A stretch of DNA of 64,000 bases, from NCBI GenBank assembly GCA_964576435.1, contig CAZNUP010000001.1:162345-226344 (forward strand), given 5' to 3'. Positions 9,107 through 18,595 of this stretch are shown piece after piece. Position numbers and translations under genes: made by a program. The stretch's first letter is position 1. The number at the start of each line of letters is the position of its first letter. The notes under the pieces are model-generated. The model was given only the letters and a program-made list of their open reading frames with translations. It was not told the DNA's origin and ran no database searches. The stretch is from an uncultured Gammaproteobacteria bacterium (GTDB lineage Bacteria > Patescibacteriota > Microgenomatia > JAMCZE01).

Positions 9107-10441
9107 ATGAATCAAACCTTAAAAATTATTTTAATTGGTCTAGGAATCGGAGTAGTTGCATTTATAGGTCTCTTCTTAGTTGCCCGCTTTGTAAAGATTC
9201 ATAGAACTACCCAAGGTGCTGTTCAAGGAACACTAAGTGGAACTTTGGATTTGAATGGTTATGTCCCAGGAGGGGCCTATGCCAGAATCCAAGTCCGCAC
9301 TTTGCCAAATGGTAATTATGTGACAGCAGTTGACAGTCTTGCGGCAAGAGATGGTGCCAGTTGGTCATACCCAAATGCCACATCAGGTGAAACCTATCAA
9401 GTCCAAGCACAAATGGTTGTTAACAATAATGTAACAGACACTTCAAAAGCAGTAATCGCAGTTGCCCCTCAATCAAACATCGCCTTAGAAATTAACTCCA
9501 CCAGTCAACCAACTAGCCCTACAAGTTCTGTAATTTCAGGAACTATTAACCTCAATGGATTTATTCCATCAGGAAGCACAATTTCAATCTCTGCTCAAAA
9601 GCAAGGCACTTCAAGTTATCAAGTAGTAGCAAGTGGAATTCCAGCTAAAGACGGAGGAACCTGGACATGGAACAGTGCTGAAACTGGAACATCCTACAAT
9701 ATTAGAGGTGCCCTAGTTAGTAGTAGTGGAACAAATATTACTTTGTCATCTCCTGAAGTAATGACTGCTCCAGCAGCAGGGGAGTTGATCACAATTAACT
9801 CAACAGCCACTCCTCCAACACCAACTGCAGTTTCTGTTTCAGGAACTGTGACCTTTAATGGTAGTATGCCAAGTAATCCGACCTTTAGTCTTGGTGTTAG
9901 AAAATCAGGAACAACAGCCTTTAATAATGTAACTAGTGGTCAATCAGTAAGTCAGGGTATGTCTTGGACATATAACGCAGCAACTCCAGGAGTTTCTTAT
10001 GATATTCAAGGTTATCTGTGGAGTAATGGTCAACCCTATTCCCAGTCTCAAATCTTAACTCTAACCGCTCCAGCTAGCGGGGAAGTGCTAACAATCAATG
10101 CTCAAACTCAACCACAGGCACCCGGCTCTGGAACAATTAATGTTTCTTGTGGCAATCAACAAAACAATCTCTACCAAGTTACAGTTAACTTTAATACTCA
10201 AAACAATTTGCCAAACGCTCAGCAGTATCAAGTTGCCATTGGTTCAACAAGTGGAGCAAGTGATATGTTTAGTTCCACAGTTTCACCAAGTAATCCAAAT
10301 AGTTCTCAATCACTAACTACAAATTTCCTTTTCTCAAGAGCAGTCAACTATTATGCCCAGTATTCCTATTCCACCTGCCAAGGTGGTAACTGCAGTACTT
10401 TCTCACAACCATCTCCATCAGTCTCGTTTAACTGTCAATGA
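9107..10441 (+). CDS. Membrane-anchored surface protein with three ~100-aa repeats
   Basis: N-terminal TM; repeats begin LSGTLDLNG, ISGTINLNG, VSGTVTFNG. Confidence 0.8.
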   Translation: MNQTLKIILIGLGIGVVAFIGLFLVARFVKIHRTTQGAVQGTLSGTLDLNGYVPGGAYARIQVRTLPNGNYVTAVDSLAARDGASWSYPNATSGETYQVQAQMVVNNNVTDTSKAVIAVAPQSNIALEINSTSQPTSPTSSVISGTINLNGFIPSGSTISISAQKQGTSSYQVVASGIPAKDGGTWTWNSAETGTSYNIRGALVSSSGTNITLSSPEVMTAPAAGELITINSTATPPTPTAVSVSGTVTFNGSMPSNPTFSLGVRKSGTTAFNNVTSGQSVSQGMSWTYNAATPGVSYDIQGYLWSNGQPYSQSQILTLTAPASGEVLTINAQTQPQAPGSGTINVSCGNQQNNLYQVTVNFNTQNNLPNAQQYQVAIGSTSGASDMFSSTVSPSNPNSSQSLTTNFLFSRAVNYYAQYSYSTCQGGNCSTFSQPSPSVSFNCQ

Positions 10442-11214
10442 AAGAAAGAACCTATCTAATAATTGTAATTCTCCTAATTGTTGGTCTTATTGTTGTAGGA
10501 ACAATTTCCTTTTGGCCCACTTTTTGGCCACAGTCAACGCAAAATATGCCAGCTCAAACTGTAACTACAACTAATAAATCACTTAGTGATGCCAGTGCCT
10601 CGATTGGTTATGAAATAAAAGCCAGCTATCCAGAAGTCTCTGGGCTCGGAAATCAAACCACACAAGAAACAATTAATGCAGGGATTAGATCACTAGTAGA
10701 TAAACAAGTGAATGCATTTAAAACGGCTTTAAATACAAATCAACCAACCACAGAAGTTCCTGGAATTTCGGAGCTCGTTATTACAGATAAGGTGTCTTCC
10801 GCAAACAACAATGTAGTTTCAGTCTGGTTTAAGATTTTAGATTCACAGCCTGGCATGGCCCATCCAAATAACTACAACCTTGTCTATAATTATGATGTAC
10901 AAGCTGGAAAAGAGCTACAATTAGCAGATCTTTTTACTCCAGGCAGCAATTACGTTGAAACTCTTTCCAAGATTGCGAAAAAAAATCTTGAAGCAAAACC
11001 AGAACTTAAGACAATTGAAGGCCTCTCATTTTTTGTAAATGAAGGTGCAGGCCCAAAAGCAGAAAACTTTCAACTGTTCAATTTAAACAACAAAAGTTTG
11101 ATATTAATTTTTAATCCCGGAACCGTAGCCCCAGAATTTGCTAGTACTCAAACAGTTGAAATCCCCCTATCTGAGTTAAAAGATATTCTCTTCGCACCAC
11201 CAGTTACGCCCTAA
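10438..11214 (+). CDS. DUF3298/DUF4163 (RsiV/PdaC-like) exported protein
   Basis: GMAHPN, YNYDVQAGKELQLADLF. Confidence 0.8.
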   Translation: MKERTYLIIVILLIVGLIVVGTISFWPTFWPQSTQNMPAQTVTTTNKSLSDASASIGYEIKASYPEVSGLGNQTTQETINAGIRSLVDKQVNAFKTALNTNQPTTEVPGISELVITDKVSSANNNVVSVWFKILDSQPGMAHPNNYNLVYNYDVQAGKELQLADLFTPGSNYVETLSKIAKKNLEAKPELKTIEGLSFFVNEGAGPKAENFQLFNLNNKSLILIFNPGTVAPEFASTQTVEIPLSELKDILFAPPVTP

Positions 11215-11244
11215 TTAATTTCTGCTAAAATAGGCAAATGTCTC

Positions 11245-11328
11245 GGAGGAGTCGGATAGTGGACCATTCCGTTTGCTTGGAAAGCAAATGAGCGCAAGCT
11301 CGCGCGAGTTCGAATCTCGCCTCCTCCG
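11245..11328 (+). tRNA. tRNA-Ser(GGA)
   Basis: Cloverleaf, anticodon arm TTTGC-TT-GGA-AA-GCAAA, long variable arm. Confidence 0.95.
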
Positions 11329-11343
11329 CCCCAACAACATGAT

Positions 11344-11817
11344 ATGAGAACAGAGTTGAAGAATAAATTAATATTAGCAATACAAAACGGGGCAACAGAT
11401 GAACCTAATGTCGTATATGTTCTGTCCAGAATTAGGAAAATTTTCGAACTCGATCCCGCATTACGAAAACAGCACAAGGTACTAAATGTCTATTGTAACT
11501 GGTCACTTCATGCAAGTATCGATCGAACAGAAGATGTTAAAGAAATACTTGAAGAATTTATTGAAAAAGCCGAATTAAGACACCATTTTGTATATCTTGA
11601 AGCTTTTAAAAGCGATTTCATAATATTCGCTAAAAACACATTAACTATAGACCTCAACGAAGACTATCTGGATAGATTTGGGAAATCTCTTATTGAGATA
11701 ATAGCTGACACTCCTATTTCTTATATTGAGTCAAGGAAAACTACCATTGTCATCAATCCATCAGAGTTACCACGACGGTCGGACCAAATAACATATAAAA
11801 TAATTCCAGAGACATAG
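11344..11817 (+). CDS. Hypothetical protein directly after tRNA-Ser
   Basis: 157-aa ORF, YCNWSLH motif. Confidence 0.7.
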   Translation: MRTELKNKLILAIQNGATDEPNVVYVLSRIRKIFELDPALRKQHKVLNVYCNWSLHASIDRTEDVKEILEEFIEKAELRHHFVYLEAFKSDFIIFAKNTLTIDLNEDYLDRFGKSLIEIIADTPISYIESRKTTIVINPSELPRRSDQITYKIIPET

Positions 11818-11882
11818 TCTAAAGTTATAAGGATGCTGGGGTTCCAGACTCAGCTGCTCCGCACTGTATAATTTATCCAATT

Positions 11883-12401
11883 GTGATAGAAACACACCCA
11901 TTCGGAATCTTTATACCTAAAAATCCTAAGTATTTGCTCCTGGGTAGTTTTACAACTAAAGAAGCTAATTTCGACCCAAGCTATGATTGGTTTTACGGTA
12001 CCGGTAGAAATCAATTCTGGAAAATATTAAGAATTGTGTACAACCTTCCCTTAGAAAACAAACAACACAAGCAAGAACTCTTTTCTAATCTCCATATGGC
12101 TTTAGGAGATATTATTCAAAGCTGTGAAAGACTTAAAAACAGTAATCTTGACGTTAATTTAGTAAACATTGTCTACAACTTGGGTGGGGTAGAGGATCTT
12201 CTGAAAAATAATAAAATTGAAACTGTCTTCTTTTCAAGTAAATTCGTCGAAAGTTCATTTCGTCGTAAGTTCAAATACTTAGTAGAAGCCTATCCAGAAA
12301 TGAAGCTTATAGCCCTCCCATCTCCCTCTCCTCGCTTTGCCTCCATGAATTTTGATGAAAAAGTAAATCGTTATAAGTCCTTGCTTCCGAAACTGGTTTA
12401 G
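11883..12401 (+). CDS. Uracil-DNA glycosylase superfamily (MUG-like) protein
   Basis: LLLGSF, FYGTGRNQFW, LPSPSP. Confidence 0.85.
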   Translation: MIETHPFGIFIPKNPKYLLLGSFTTKEANFDPSYDWFYGTGRNQFWKILRIVYNLPLENKQHKQELFSNLHMALGDIIQSCERLKNSNLDVNLVNIVYNLGGVEDLLKNNKIETVFFSSKFVESSFRRKFKYLVEAYPEMKLIALPSPSPRFASMNFDEKVNRYKSLLPKLV

Positions 12402-12427
12402 GTAAACTTATGTGAGAAAGCGGGGAT

Positions 12428-12616
12428 ATGACCCAAAAAGAACTGCAGCAAGCCTTTGGTAAGTTTCAGAAGATATTTTTCTCAATACTTTTTGCATTTA
12501 TTGGTATTCTTTTAGTATTTTCTGGATTAGGTTTAATTTCCATTTCTCCTGTCTTAGTACTCTATTCCGGTATTTTCTTCCTCATTTTTGCACTTGCCTT
12601 CTACTTCCTTCTTTGA
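12428..12616 (+). CDS. Small two-TM membrane protein
   Basis: Hydrophobic 62-aa ORF. Confidence 0.5.
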   Translation: MTQKELQQAFGKFQKIFFSILFAFIGILLVFSGLGLISISPVLVLYSGIFFLIFALAFYFLL

Positions 12617-12651
12617 TTAAATAAGACAAATCGAAGTAGTCTGAGAGTCTC

Positions 12652-13149
12652 ATGTTAATAAATCTTTTCATTTGGGCTTTTGCATCTCTGGTTTTTTCCT
12701 CACAAACCGCACCTGTTTACGCCTCAGAAATTTCAGAAAAGAAAGAAATAGAACTTCCAATTAAAGTTGAACTCATTGAACCTGTAAAACTTTCAAGTGA
12801 ACTGACGGGAGTTAAATTTGTCTCACTTGAACTTAAAAAAGCAGCTAAAGTCTTAAGCGCCTCAATTGATGTGGAAGCCCTTCTAAGTAAGTATAGCTCT
12901 GAGTATGGTATAGATAAAAACTTACTTTCAAAGATTGCTAACTGTGAATCTCATTACCACACAACCTCAGTAAACGGTGACTACGGTGGAATGTTCCAGT
13001 TCTCAACAGGAACCTGGATTGGAACCAGAAATCAAATGGGACTAGATTCTAATCCCGAGTTAAGGTTTAGTGGAGAAGAGGCAATTAGAACTGCTGCATT
13101 TAAGATTTCCCGTGGTGGAGTTTCTGCTTGGGCAAACTGTGCTAAATAA
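12652..13149 (+). CDS. Lytic transglycosylase-like (lysozyme fold) exported protein
   Basis: IANCES, GGMFQF, terminal W-A-N-C. Confidence 0.8.
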   Translation: MLINLFIWAFASLVFSSQTAPVYASEISEKKEIELPIKVELIEPVKLSSELTGVKFVSLELKKAAKVLSASIDVEALLSKYSSEYGIDKNLLSKIANCESHYHTTSVNGDYGGMFQFSTGTWIGTRNQMGLDSNPELRFSGEEAIRTAAFKISRGGVSAWANCAK

Positions 13150-13222
13150 GAACTAAACAAGCAAGAAGTTAATAAGTAAGGTAACTAAATAATTAATCAA
13201 CTAAACAAATTAAATAACAACT

Positions 13223-13251
13223 AAAAAACCCTGTCTTTTGACAGGGTTTTT
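13223..13251. terminator. Bidirectional intrinsic terminator
   Basis: AAAAAACCCTGTC-TTTT-GACAGGGTTTTT between convergent genes. Confidence 0.85.
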
Positions 13252-13272
13252 ATTTAACTCCTTGAATCTATT

Positions 13273-13773
13273 TTATCTTGTGACCTCAATTGTAGCAGCC
13301 ACCTGAGGTACTGCTGACACTGTCACTCTTGGTGTTCCAGATCCAGTTGCTACTGAAACTGTATACCCACTGCCATAACTTGTGCAGCTAACATAAGTTC
13401 CTGTTGAAGGATCTTTTGGTAACTGGGCAATAAAGGTTGGCACCAAATCTTCACAGAACGCTACTCCGGTGTCAGTTGCACCAGTTGTAGAAACTACTGC
13501 GTAAGATGTTCCACCTGTAAGCCTTGTGGATGCTCCACTTGCTCCAACGTGTGGAAGGTTTCCACCATTCTCCGCCGCATACTGGTGAATGGAATTAAGG
13601 ATAGCGTTAACATCGCTCTTCCTTTGTGTGTCATTGGCTTGTGCGAACTGTCTCGCCGGGTTAATGGCGATAAGAACAATAGCTAACAGAACTGCAAGGA
13701 TGCCAATAACAACCAAGAGTTCAATGAGGGTGAAACCTCTTCGAAGAAAATGGGCAGTTTTCATAGATTTCAA
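13273..13773 (-). CDS. Type IV pilin / pseudopilin (major-pilin-like)
   Basis: GFTLIELLVVIGILAVL prepilin N-methyl motif. Confidence 0.9.
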   Translation of the reverse strand: MKSMKTAHFLRRGFTLIELLVVIGILAVLLAIVLIAINPARQFAQANDTQRKSDVNAILNSIHQYAAENGGNLPHVGASGASTRLTGGTSYAVVSTTGATDTGVAFCEDLVPTFIAQLPKDPSTGTYVSCTSYGSGYTVSVATGSGTPRVTVSAVPQVAATIEVTR

Positions 13774-13831
13774 AGGAAATTAACTAACAATATATTCAGA
13801 ATAGACCACATGAAAAGCACTTGTCAAGTAT

Positions 13832-14914
13832 CTAGTTTGGGTTTGTGAGTGTTATAACGGCATCGAAGCTGGTATTTGGTTCTTCTCTGGTTGCAGGATT
13901 TGGATAACTTCCGCTAAGCGAGCTGATAATTGCCTGCCTAACTTCACTTGAAAGACTGGGAGAAAAAACAATTTGAATTCTCGGGCTATTAACTACACTA
14001 GAATTACCGGCTGTTATATTCTTAAATCCCGCACTTGTTAAATTTTGTCTTGACGTTTCTAACGCACCAGCTTGTCCGCTCCCATTTAAAATTTGAATTT
14101 TTACACTATCAAATAAAGCACTTGGCGACGCCGTTTCAGTAGGAGCCACACTAGGTATTTCGGTTGGTGTAGGCACTTCACTAACTACAGTTTCAGTTGG
14201 AGCTGGTGTCGGTGTCAGTGTTTGAGCAGGTTTGTCAGGGAATAAGAAAGATTTAGCAACCACACCTCCCAGAACTAGGACCAAAAGCGTAAGAACTAGT
14301 AAAAGCCAAAGTAGTTTTCTATTCTTTCTAGGATCTGAACTAACATTGTTTTCTGCCTGAATTGCTTGTTCTGGGTCAAATATTAAACTATTTTGCCTAA
14401 CAAGTGCACTCTTCCTGAGAATGTCCTCTCCGATCCCTGTTGAGAACTGTCCAGCTGGTAGTCCCAGTGTCACACTGGGTGTAACGGAAGCAACAGGATA
14501 TCCATTTCTCTCAAGTATTTCCTGTACTCCCTCATAAAGTTCCCTATTAATAATAATTACAATAAGGTCGCGCCCATTTTGCAAACTAGTCCATCCAACA
14601 TGGTTAAATGGTGCCATCTTAATGGCTTCGTCGATCTTTTCCTTAGCCATTTGTTTATTTGTATCTGGAATTCTTTCCGGAAGAACTGTACTCTCCCCAA
14701 GAATTACAAACACCGGATCTCCCGAAGGGATTTTTATTTGTAAAAGTAGGGGAATGATAATTTTCTCAAGGTCAGCAACCTTTTTAATTTCTAAATCCTT
14801 AATTACCGTGTCAGGGATGGGAGCTTCAACAATATTTTTAATTGCTGGATGAAATATTTTTATCTTGTCGCGCTCAAGAACAAGAACCCAATGTTGGACA
14901 GGATTTTTAGCCAT
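13832..14914 (-). CDS. Membrane protein with C-terminal LytR_C domain
   Basis: IQILNGSGQAG after a TM helix and a Pro/Thr linker. Confidence 0.75.
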   Translation of the reverse strand: MAKNPVQHWVLVLERDKIKIFHPAIKNIVEAPIPDTVIKDLEIKKVADLEKIIIPLLLQIKIPSGDPVFVILGESTVLPERIPDTNKQMAKEKIDEAIKMAPFNHVGWTSLQNGRDLIVIIINRELYEGVQEILERNGYPVASVTPSVTLGLPAGQFSTGIGEDILRKSALVRQNSLIFDPEQAIQAENNVSSDPRKNRKLLWLLLVLTLLVLVLGGVVAKSFLFPDKPAQTLTPTPAPTETVVSEVPTPTEIPSVAPTETASPSALFDSVKIQILNGSGQAGALETSRQNLTSAGFKNITAGNSSVVNSPRIQIVFSPSLSSEVRQAIISSLSGSYPNPATREEPNTSFDAVITLTNPN

Positions 14915-14917
14915 AGT

Positions 14918-15292
14918 TTAAAGCTCTTTCCAAGAGTTAATTGTGAATACATTATTGTTGAAACTACCTCGCACTTCAATAACCCGTCTAAAAGTTCCAA
15001 TCGTCCCAACAGATTTAATTACTGGATTAGTGGTCCCACTTGTAACAGTAATTTGGGCCGATCCTGATCCAACTGGTAAAGTCTCTCCGACATAATTGTG
15101 GTTTCTAATTGTCCGAAGGATTCCGTTTTCAGCGCCACTCTCAGCAATAGCCAGTGCCACATCACCCTGGTTAAATTTTGTAGCTCCTGTGTAATTAACA
15201 ATTGTAATTGTTGTTACAGCAGAAACCACAACAATTGTAATTGCTAAAAAAATCACCAATAAAACCAATGTCTGCCCGCTATTCTTTTTCAT
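14918..15292 (-). CDS. PilX-like minor pilin
   Basis: SGQTLVLL, ALAIAESGAE. Confidence 0.8.
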   Translation of the reverse strand: MKKNSGQTLVLLVIFLAITIVVVSAVTTITIVNYTGATKFNQGDVALAIAESGAENGILRTIRNHNYVGETLPVGSGSAQITVTSGTTNPVIKSVGTIGTFRRVIEVRGSFNNNVFTINSWKEL

Positions 15293-15771
15293 CTAAGTCC
15301 AATTGTTGTTTGGTAATCTCTAACCTCGTATCCTGATTTCAAAGCTTGCCTACTTGTTAGGGTGAAACTAATTGCTAAACTGTTTTTTCCTCCACTAGTT
15401 CCAAGTCTTCTAAAACTCAAGTTTGAAATTTGACTTCCATAGCTTGTTAAATTGTCACTGCCACTCGCATTTGTAACTACAAGATCCCCACTCGTCCCGC
15501 TATAAGAGTTAGAATCCCCATCAATTGTCAGTTGGAGAGTTGGCGAACTTTGCCCAAGTGTAGAAGGTGTTGAAATTGTTGTTGCGTTTCTTATGTCATA
15601 CGACAACTTTGATAAAACGTATTTTCCATCTTGAGCGACCGATGACACCGCAGTTGACTGACTTTGTAGATCTAAGATAGATAAAAAAATCTCCGTAACT
15701 ACCGCAATTAGAATTGACAGTAGTCCCATATAAATTAAAAGTTCGACAATTGTGAAGCCTTTCTTTTTCAT
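15289..15771 (-). CDS. PilW-like minor pilin
   Basis: GFTIVELLIYM. Confidence 0.85.
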   Translation of the reverse strand: MKKKGFTIVELLIYMGLLSILIAVVTEIFLSILDLQSQSTAVSSVAQDGKYVLSKLSYDIRNATTISTPSTLGQSSPTLQLTIDGDSNSYSGTSGDLVVTNASGSDNLTSYGSQISNLSFRRLGTSGGKNSLAISFTLTSRQALKSGYEVRDYQTTIGLR

Positions 15772-18173
15772 GGGGAGTAATTTGTTACAACATCAGACAC
15801 TCTTGGAGTAGTGTTGTAATCAGTTGTTGATAAATAAAATTTATATTTAAAGCACTGTGTAGAATTGTATGGAATTGTTCCTGAAATTGACGCACTAAGT
15901 GGGTCATAAAATGTCCCACTAGTTCCATCAGGTCCAACATAATTGTAAGTAGCTCCAATACAACTTCCAGACACCATTGGACTAGTTGCCACCTGTGCTC
16001 TAACCCCTGTGTTAGATGGAATAGTCACACTACTCGTAAAATTATTAAATGCAGTTGGATAGTTAGATACACAAGCCGCTGATTCATAAGTCCCTTCGGC
16101 TGCATAAGTTCCATCAGGCCCTCCTTGAATAATCTTAAGTTCCTTGTCGTTTGTGTTAGCAACCATATAAACAAACGTGTCAAAATCCGCTTCAGTAACC
16201 GATGTTAGGTCATTAAATCCTTGATCAAAATCAATTCCTCCGCAATAACTTGGAGACGACTCACTGCTTAAATTCAAAACTTGATAATCTTTTGGGTTGG
16301 TTCCGTCGCTTGGTTTCCCGTCTTTTCCAACAAGAACCACTCGTTGTCCATTGAGAACTGTAAGCGACCTTCTAGGAAACATCTGAATGTTTGTTGAGTC
16401 GCCATCATAGTATCCACTCGTTGCACCACTAGATGGTGTTCCAGACAAGAATGCTGGTGAACTTTTGTTTGTTGTGTTAACCACATAAAACTGTCTACTA
16501 TCGGGTTGTCCATTATTGTTGTTATCAACCCCGCCATTTGAAGAAATATAAGCTCTTGTTCCAGTTGTATTTGCATATACTGAATTTGCTGCCTCAACAG
16601 TGTTACTGGTTGAGTTGAAATCAAGTGAGCCTGTCATTTTCCAATTGGCGGCCCCACCAGAAATTCTTCCACAACTACTGCCAGTCAAGGCAGTTCCTGA
16701 AGTGGGCGGAGTATTTACGTTGGCAATGTTAAGTTCCGGATCAGTTCCAGCTCCAACAGCCACATAGACATATTTTTTTCCATCAGAAGCAATTAAGGGA
16801 TAAATATCATTATCAGCATATAGTTCAACGTTTCCTCCATCAATACATTGGTTGCTGGACGATTGTTGGTCCCCCCAGCTAGTTCCAGTCTGACCACTAT
16901 TATATTTTTTATTTATTCCAGTTCCCGGTTTACAGTCATATCCACTAAGTTCAATTCGACATCCAACCATTGGGAGGCTTGTACTGGTTGTCGCCGAATC
17001 TATATTTGTTAAATCAAATGCATAAAGATACCCACCAGACGTAACATATCCAGTGTTTCCAAGTGTTGCTACAGAAATTCCTCCATAGTCATATGGTGCT
17101 TGGTCCTGATTGGGGGTAGAAGAGTTATTTCCTTGATAAATTCGAGTGTTAAAAAAAGCCCAATATTTATATATTTTATTTGTCGGATCTTGATACGTGT
17201 CATTTGTTCCATTTGTTAGTCTAATTGCAATTACCTCTCGATCTGGTTTCGTTGTAGTCAAAAGTCCATATAAATTTCCGGCAGATGATCTATAGTAAGC
17301 AACCCCATTAGTTGCAAAGCTATTGTCTAATCCAATTCCACTAGGAACTAAAGAAGGCGAGCTATAGGCACTCGGGTCAAGTGTAAAAATTCCTTTAAGA
17401 GTTGGAACTGGCGGGTCAGTATTGGCTGTTACTGTGACATATGCAAGTTTTCCAGAACTTGTTGCATAAGGTGCAATTGCTACAAAAACTTCATTGGGTG
17501 TGCTTGTTGAAATAGCACTTGATGTAGCAGCAACTGCAACAGGTGGTCCGTCGGGTAAATCAATAGTGGCACTTGATAAAGAAGGGGAGCACCACTTAGC
17601 TTTTGTATTTGGCCCCAATGTAACATCGCCCCCACCAGTTGTAGTTGACTCAGTGTTAACAAATGTTCCTTCATCAAAATCTGCCTTTGTGGTATCTGAA
17701 CAAGATAAGTTGTCTAAGTATCTTGTCATATAGGTTGTAGAACTAACTGAGTTTGCAATTGGGGAGTTCCAAGATACTGTTGTTACTACTTTTTTTGTTG
17801 AAGGGTCAACAGTTCCAGAGCTTGCAATAACCCCATTGCTATCCCTATAAACATCCGAAATTACTACACTAGTCGTAAGTCCTGCTGATGTTGAAGCTCC
17901 AGAAACTAGTCCCCAAGCTGATGCGGAAACTCTTGGATAGTAAGTGCCATTGGCTGAAAAACTATTCCATCCTGCTTCCCGGACCTGACGAAGTGCCTCC
18001 TCGGTTTCTCTAAGTTTTGAAACCGCTTGAACTCTTGTTTCTTCTTGAACTTTTCCTCTCCCTGAATAAATTATTCCAGTAGCAAGTGCGGGCAAAAAAA
18101 TTGCCAACACTCCAATAGCAATTAAAAGTTCAATTAAACTGGCACCTCTTTTAGTTGACATTTGTAATAACAC
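15768..18173 (-). CDS. Large minor pilin with C-terminal beta-rich (adhesin-like) region
   Basis: GASLIELLIAIG N-terminus; 801 aa, Ser/Thr/Gly-rich. Confidence 0.8.
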   Translation of the reverse strand: MLLQMSTKRGASLIELLIAIGVLAIFLPALATGIIYSGRGKVQEETRVQAVSKLRETEEALRQVREAGWNSFSANGTYYPRVSASAWGLVSGASTSAGLTTSVVISDVYRDSNGVIASSGTVDPSTKKVVTTVSWNSPIANSVSSTTYMTRYLDNLSCSDTTKADFDEGTFVNTESTTTGGGDVTLGPNTKAKWCSPSLSSATIDLPDGPPVAVAATSSAISTSTPNEVFVAIAPYATSSGKLAYVTVTANTDPPVPTLKGIFTLDPSAYSSPSLVPSGIGLDNSFATNGVAYYRSSAGNLYGLLTTTKPDREVIAIRLTNGTNDTYQDPTNKIYKYWAFFNTRIYQGNNSSTPNQDQAPYDYGGISVATLGNTGYVTSGGYLYAFDLTNIDSATTSTSLPMVGCRIELSGYDCKPGTGINKKYNSGQTGTSWGDQQSSSNQCIDGGNVELYADNDIYPLIASDGKKYVYVAVGAGTDPELNIANVNTPPTSGTALTGSSCGRISGGAANWKMTGSLDFNSTSNTVEAANSVYANTTGTRAYISSNGGVDNNNNGQPDSRQFYVVNTTNKSSPAFLSGTPSSGATSGYYDGDSTNIQMFPRRSLTVLNGQRVVLVGKDGKPSDGTNPKDYQVLNLSSESSPSYCGGIDFDQGFNDLTSVTEADFDTFVYMVANTNDKELKIIQGGPDGTYAAEGTYESAACVSNYPTAFNNFTSSVTIPSNTGVRAQVATSPMVSGSCIGATYNYVGPDGTSGTFYDPLSASISGTIPYNSTQCFKYKFYLSTTDYNTTPRVSDVVTNYSP

Positions 18174-18594
18174 CGTATTTATTTATAGTAATCGTTTTGG
18201 TAGCTGTGTTGGCCCACTGAAGTGTGACCGTATTTCCTGTTGCAGAATAGTTAATAACGCTTCCAGAGGCAGTTGCAAAACTAATTGCTTGACTTGGAAA
18301 AGCTACACTTGAAAACCTAGTATTAGCTGGTAAGCTAACCACAAATCCCTCAGGTATTAATGTATAGCTAGTTGTTCCAAAAGCAACGCCTGATGGAGTG
18401 GCGTTAACTCCATCGTTTTCCCCAGTCATTGATTTAAGTTGTTGTGACCTAAGGTCAGTAATTAATGTATTTGTAGCAGACGTCAAGGATGTTGCACCCT
18501 GAGGTTGAAGTACATTAATATAAACAAAAGATAATAAAATCCCAGTTATAGCGGCAGTTACTAAAACCTCGATCAGTGTGAAGCCATTTTTCAT
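18151..18594 (-). CDS. FimT/GspH-like minor pilin
   Basis: GFTLIEVLV. Confidence 0.85.
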   Translation of the reverse strand: MKNGFTLIEVLVTAAITGILLSFVYINVLQPQGATSLTSATNTLITDLRSQQLKSMTGENDGVNATPSGVAFGTTSYTLIPEGFVVSLPANTRFSSVAFPSQAISFATASGSVINYSATGNTVTLQWANTATKTITINKYGVITNVN

Positions 18595-18595
18595 T

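Noticed and set aside
11211-11477. 88-aa minus-strand ORF
   Set aside because: Antisense to tRNA-Ser(GGA) and the next gene.
13147-13225. Repeated AACTAAA in the intergenic region, considered as CRISPR or iterons
   Set aside because: Short, irregularly spaced and low complexity; no CRISPR array or cas gene seen anywhere in the window.
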